Assembly: GCA_030390025.1 (NCBI GenBank)
Contig: CM059438.1
Span: forward strand, 66,280,001 to 66,344,000
Length of the DNA: 64,000 nucleotides
Origin: Squalus acanthias
Lineage: Eukaryota
Direction of reading: 5' to 3'
This document shows positions 60,859 through 64,000 of the stretch, piece by piece. The first letter of the stretch is position 1. Every line of letters starts with the position of its first letter. Both the position numbers and the translations under genes were made by a program. The notes below the pieces were generated by a model. That model had not been told where the DNA came from. It saw nothing but the letters and a program-made list of their open reading frames with translations, and made no database searches.

Positions 60859-63458
60859 GATGTAATTGTAAGAAATTATTTCTGACTTTCACACCTCTCA
60901 CATTGTGTGTTAGTGTGGGGTTCGTGGACCTGACTCTGCCTTAACAGAAACACACAGATACACTATCTATCACAGAGGTCTTTTATTGAACCACTAATAC
61001 ACGGATTAGTATGGAACACAACTAGCCAGCAGAGGCACGATGGGCCGAATGGCTTCCTTCTGTGCTGTAGGTTTCTATGATTCTATGAACTAGACCAATC
61101 CTGGAGTCTTCAAGTGCCCGGTGGCCAAACCGACAATCACTTGAAGTCTGTTTAGCCATCTTCTTTCCGTTAGACCAGGACATGTTTGTCCTAGCCGACT
61201 GCAGTAAAGGAGTTAGGTATTGTTAAGTTCTTGTATTCTTTGTGTCCACATTTCCCCCATGATTCTCACATGCGCATATCAATAATTGGTTCCTTCAAGC
61301 GTGGCTATTCCCCTTGTTGTTCGTGGTTGGTTCAAAGTTTAGTGTGTGTCACTTGTTGAAGTTTAATGGGGGTCTTATCTCAAGACAGTACCAGTCGGTT
61401 CTGCTGGTCCCATAGCAACCCAAGATTTGTCCTTGGTTAAAAGCTGCCTTTGTCTGACAGATAATGTCTGTTAATTGTTCCTCTATACTCCTGTTTCTCA
61501 ACTTGCAGTTTAATGTGGTTTAGTCATCATTAAAAGTTCTCTTTTGTATTAAAGTTCTTTTTGTTGTCAGGGATTTTGAAAACACTTTTCCCCTTCAATT
61601 GGCTGCTGCGTTTGCCTGTATAACAACAGAGACTACACCACAAAAGCAATGAATTGGCTGTGAAGTGCTCTGGATGTTCTACATAAATGCAACTTCTTTC
61701 TTTATCCTCCAATATCTGTGAAGCAGAAACAGTGGTGACTTGGGAGCTCTCTCCAGGCAATCACCTTATCGAGAAGTTCAGATGACTTGGGCTTCAAAAA
61801 CAAAACTTCGTCACTTCATAATTGTCACCTGAACCGAGAGCTGAGGTTACAATTTTGTAATCACAGTCTGCTATTTGTGTGTCTTTACTGTTTTAATTAA
61901 TGTGGGACTTTTGGAAGTTCTATATTAGTTCATTATTTTGTTCCAAGTGGAGCAGTCAGCATTAACCTTTGACCGCAACCTCACTGTGCTGGAATCGAAA
62001 CTCATTTCACTGTCTCCTACTCAGAACCTCCATACTCCTTACACCCCTCCATCTTCCTCCCTCCTGCGACAGGCTTTTGAAACCCCTGCTTGCCTTCACC
62101 TAACCACTGATGCTTGATTTGCCTCACCTCTCTTACTGTTTTCAACCTTGATGGTATCCAGCACTGGCTTTCTTAATTATATCAAGAATATTTTGTCATG
62201 CTAGCTGATCTGGCTTGGCGTTGCTGATGATATGTTGCATCTTAATGACAGGAGAATTATATAATGCAGCAAGTATTATTCTGTTAAGGTGGAGCTGTGC
62301 TTAAGGTGGCCTGTCCCTTTTAGGCTAATTGCTGTGAATTCTGAAGCTAATTATTGGTGAGACAAATTTGCAAATTGTCAAGTGCTTGTAAACTTTTGGC
62401 TCTAAATCCGAAGAAACAGCTTCAATTTACTTCATATTTTTGACACAGCGTCATGTCTTAAGTGTGACTGACACCCACTAAATACTAGACCACACAGCAA
62501 CGGCTTGATGTTCCAGCTGTAAGAGGCAGGAATATTCTGCAGTTTATTTGGGGTCATTTACGAAAGCATTTTCTTTTGCTTGTAAGGTGCAGCATATCAC
62601 ATTGAAATGGGTCCAAAACCTCGCTAGTGTTATATGCTGCCTTGCGTAAATCATTGCAGAGTCAGAGACAGCTTTCAACAGATAAGTGCCCATCCATTCC
62701 CGTGTCGCCCTCACGGTGCGCAAAGCTCTCTCCGATTCTGTCACAAAATGAAATAAAAATTTTATAATCTGTAAATAATACATAAATGAACAAAACAACC
62801 ACATCATTTGACACTGAACAGTAAGCGCAACATGATCCACAAATGACTAATTTGCAGTTTCTAGGAATGCTTTGGCCCAACGGTCTTCCTCCAATGTTTG
62901 TCCTTCTCGTGCGTAAGTGGGAGCATCACCTCATAAATTTTAATGCTGTAACTGAACATATATTCTGATGCTGGTTGTGTATGCACCCTCATGATTGGGG
63001 TGTTCTAACCTGTCGTTTTGAATTATGAAAAGGCAAGTCTTTATTAGGGACTAAAAGAATGTTGATAACCTAATATCATTCATATTTTACGAACTTTTCC
63101 TGTGGTGTTCAAGCTGGGTTTAAGGTGAAGGCTGTAGTCAAAATGGCCAGGCCCTGTTTAAATTTGTACAATGGTTTGCACCCAATCTCGAGAGTGCCCA
63201 TGGTGGAGCAGTGGGCTATGTCCTGCCAATCTACTCCTGAACCCCAGGCAATTCAGTCCTATTTGTACTTGTATTCCTTATTTGCTGTTTTGCCCTGTTT
63301 GAATATTGTGGGCCTGGAAATTTGGAAATGCTGTCTTTAGTGATGTTGCCTCATTGGTGGGCAAATTCTAAATCAGAGCACCACAATTGTCAGAAATTGC
63401 AACTGGAGACGGATACAAATTAATGGCAACACATTTTAGAATTTTATATGTTGTGCTT

Positions 63459-63580
63459 GAGGCTCCGTGGTTCCCGAGGCTCCGTGCTGCTCCCGAGGCT
63501 CCGTGCTGCCCCCGAGGCTCCGTGCTGCCCCCGAGGCTGCGTGCTGCCCCCGAGGTTGCGTGGCCCCCGAGGCTCCATGT
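63459..63580. repeat. 19-bp GC-rich minisatellite (~6 units)
   Basis: Unit GAGGCTCCGTGCTGCCCCC. Confidence 0.92.
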
Positions 63581-63854
63581 TGCGCAGCTGTGCAACCCAT
63601 AGAAACAAAAAGCTTGGATGTCTCACCCCTCCCTGTGATCTTCAGGATGAGCAAAAATGACCTATTAAAAGTGTTAATCCATTGTAAGGTCTTGAATGAC
63701 CCATTTCATTCATACTAAAGGATGTGGATTTGTTGGCTCCCATTATTTGCCTTGTGTGCATCAGATATAAAATGAGTCAAGAAGGAGTTGCATTAAGATA
63801 TGGTGTGGTGTGACAAGATAAAGGGAGGAATGATTTAACTTTTTCTGTTTTGGT

Positions 63855-64000
63855 GACACTGCTCTCTACCTCGCTTTCCTCCTTTAAGACGCTCCTTAAA
63901 ACCTACCTCTTTGACCAAGCTTTTAGTCATTGCCCTAATATCTCCTTATATGGTTCGGTGTCAACTTTTGTTTTATAATGCTCCTGTGAAGTGCCTTAGG
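63855..64000 (+). mobile_element. L2 3' end
   Basis: Matches 42985-43125 (ctccttaaaacctacctctttgaccaagcttt). Confidence 0.8.

Overview
Eukaryotic, repeat-dominated window with no recognisable host protein-coding exon. The mix of CR1, L2 and RTE LINEs, a tRNA-derived DeuSINE (SacSINE1-like) and Penelope-type ends points to a cartilaginous fish (inference). The main features are as follows. (1) A complete, apparently very young Ty3/Gypsy LTR retrotransposon (13005-17445) has identical 194-bp LTRs, a CTGAA target-site duplication and one 1318-aa gag-pol ORF. It has no tRNA primer-binding site but has a perfect 11-nt LTR/leader complementarity, suggesting self-priming. (2) A 7-kb decayed PIF/Harbinger transposon (34892-41959) carries a spliced Myb/SANT gene and a convergent DDE transposase that is interrupted by nested CR1s. 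(3) About ten Harbinger-type MITEs fall into three families. One family has palindromes with compensatory changes, promoter motifs and multiple splice donors. Two MITEs sit at the same homologous base of two different CR1 copies. (4) Minimal hammerhead-ribozyme motifs occur in Penelope-like remnants. (5) There is also an RTE LINE with a 5' inversion and several minisatellites. All family names come from reading the sequence by eye, not from database searches.
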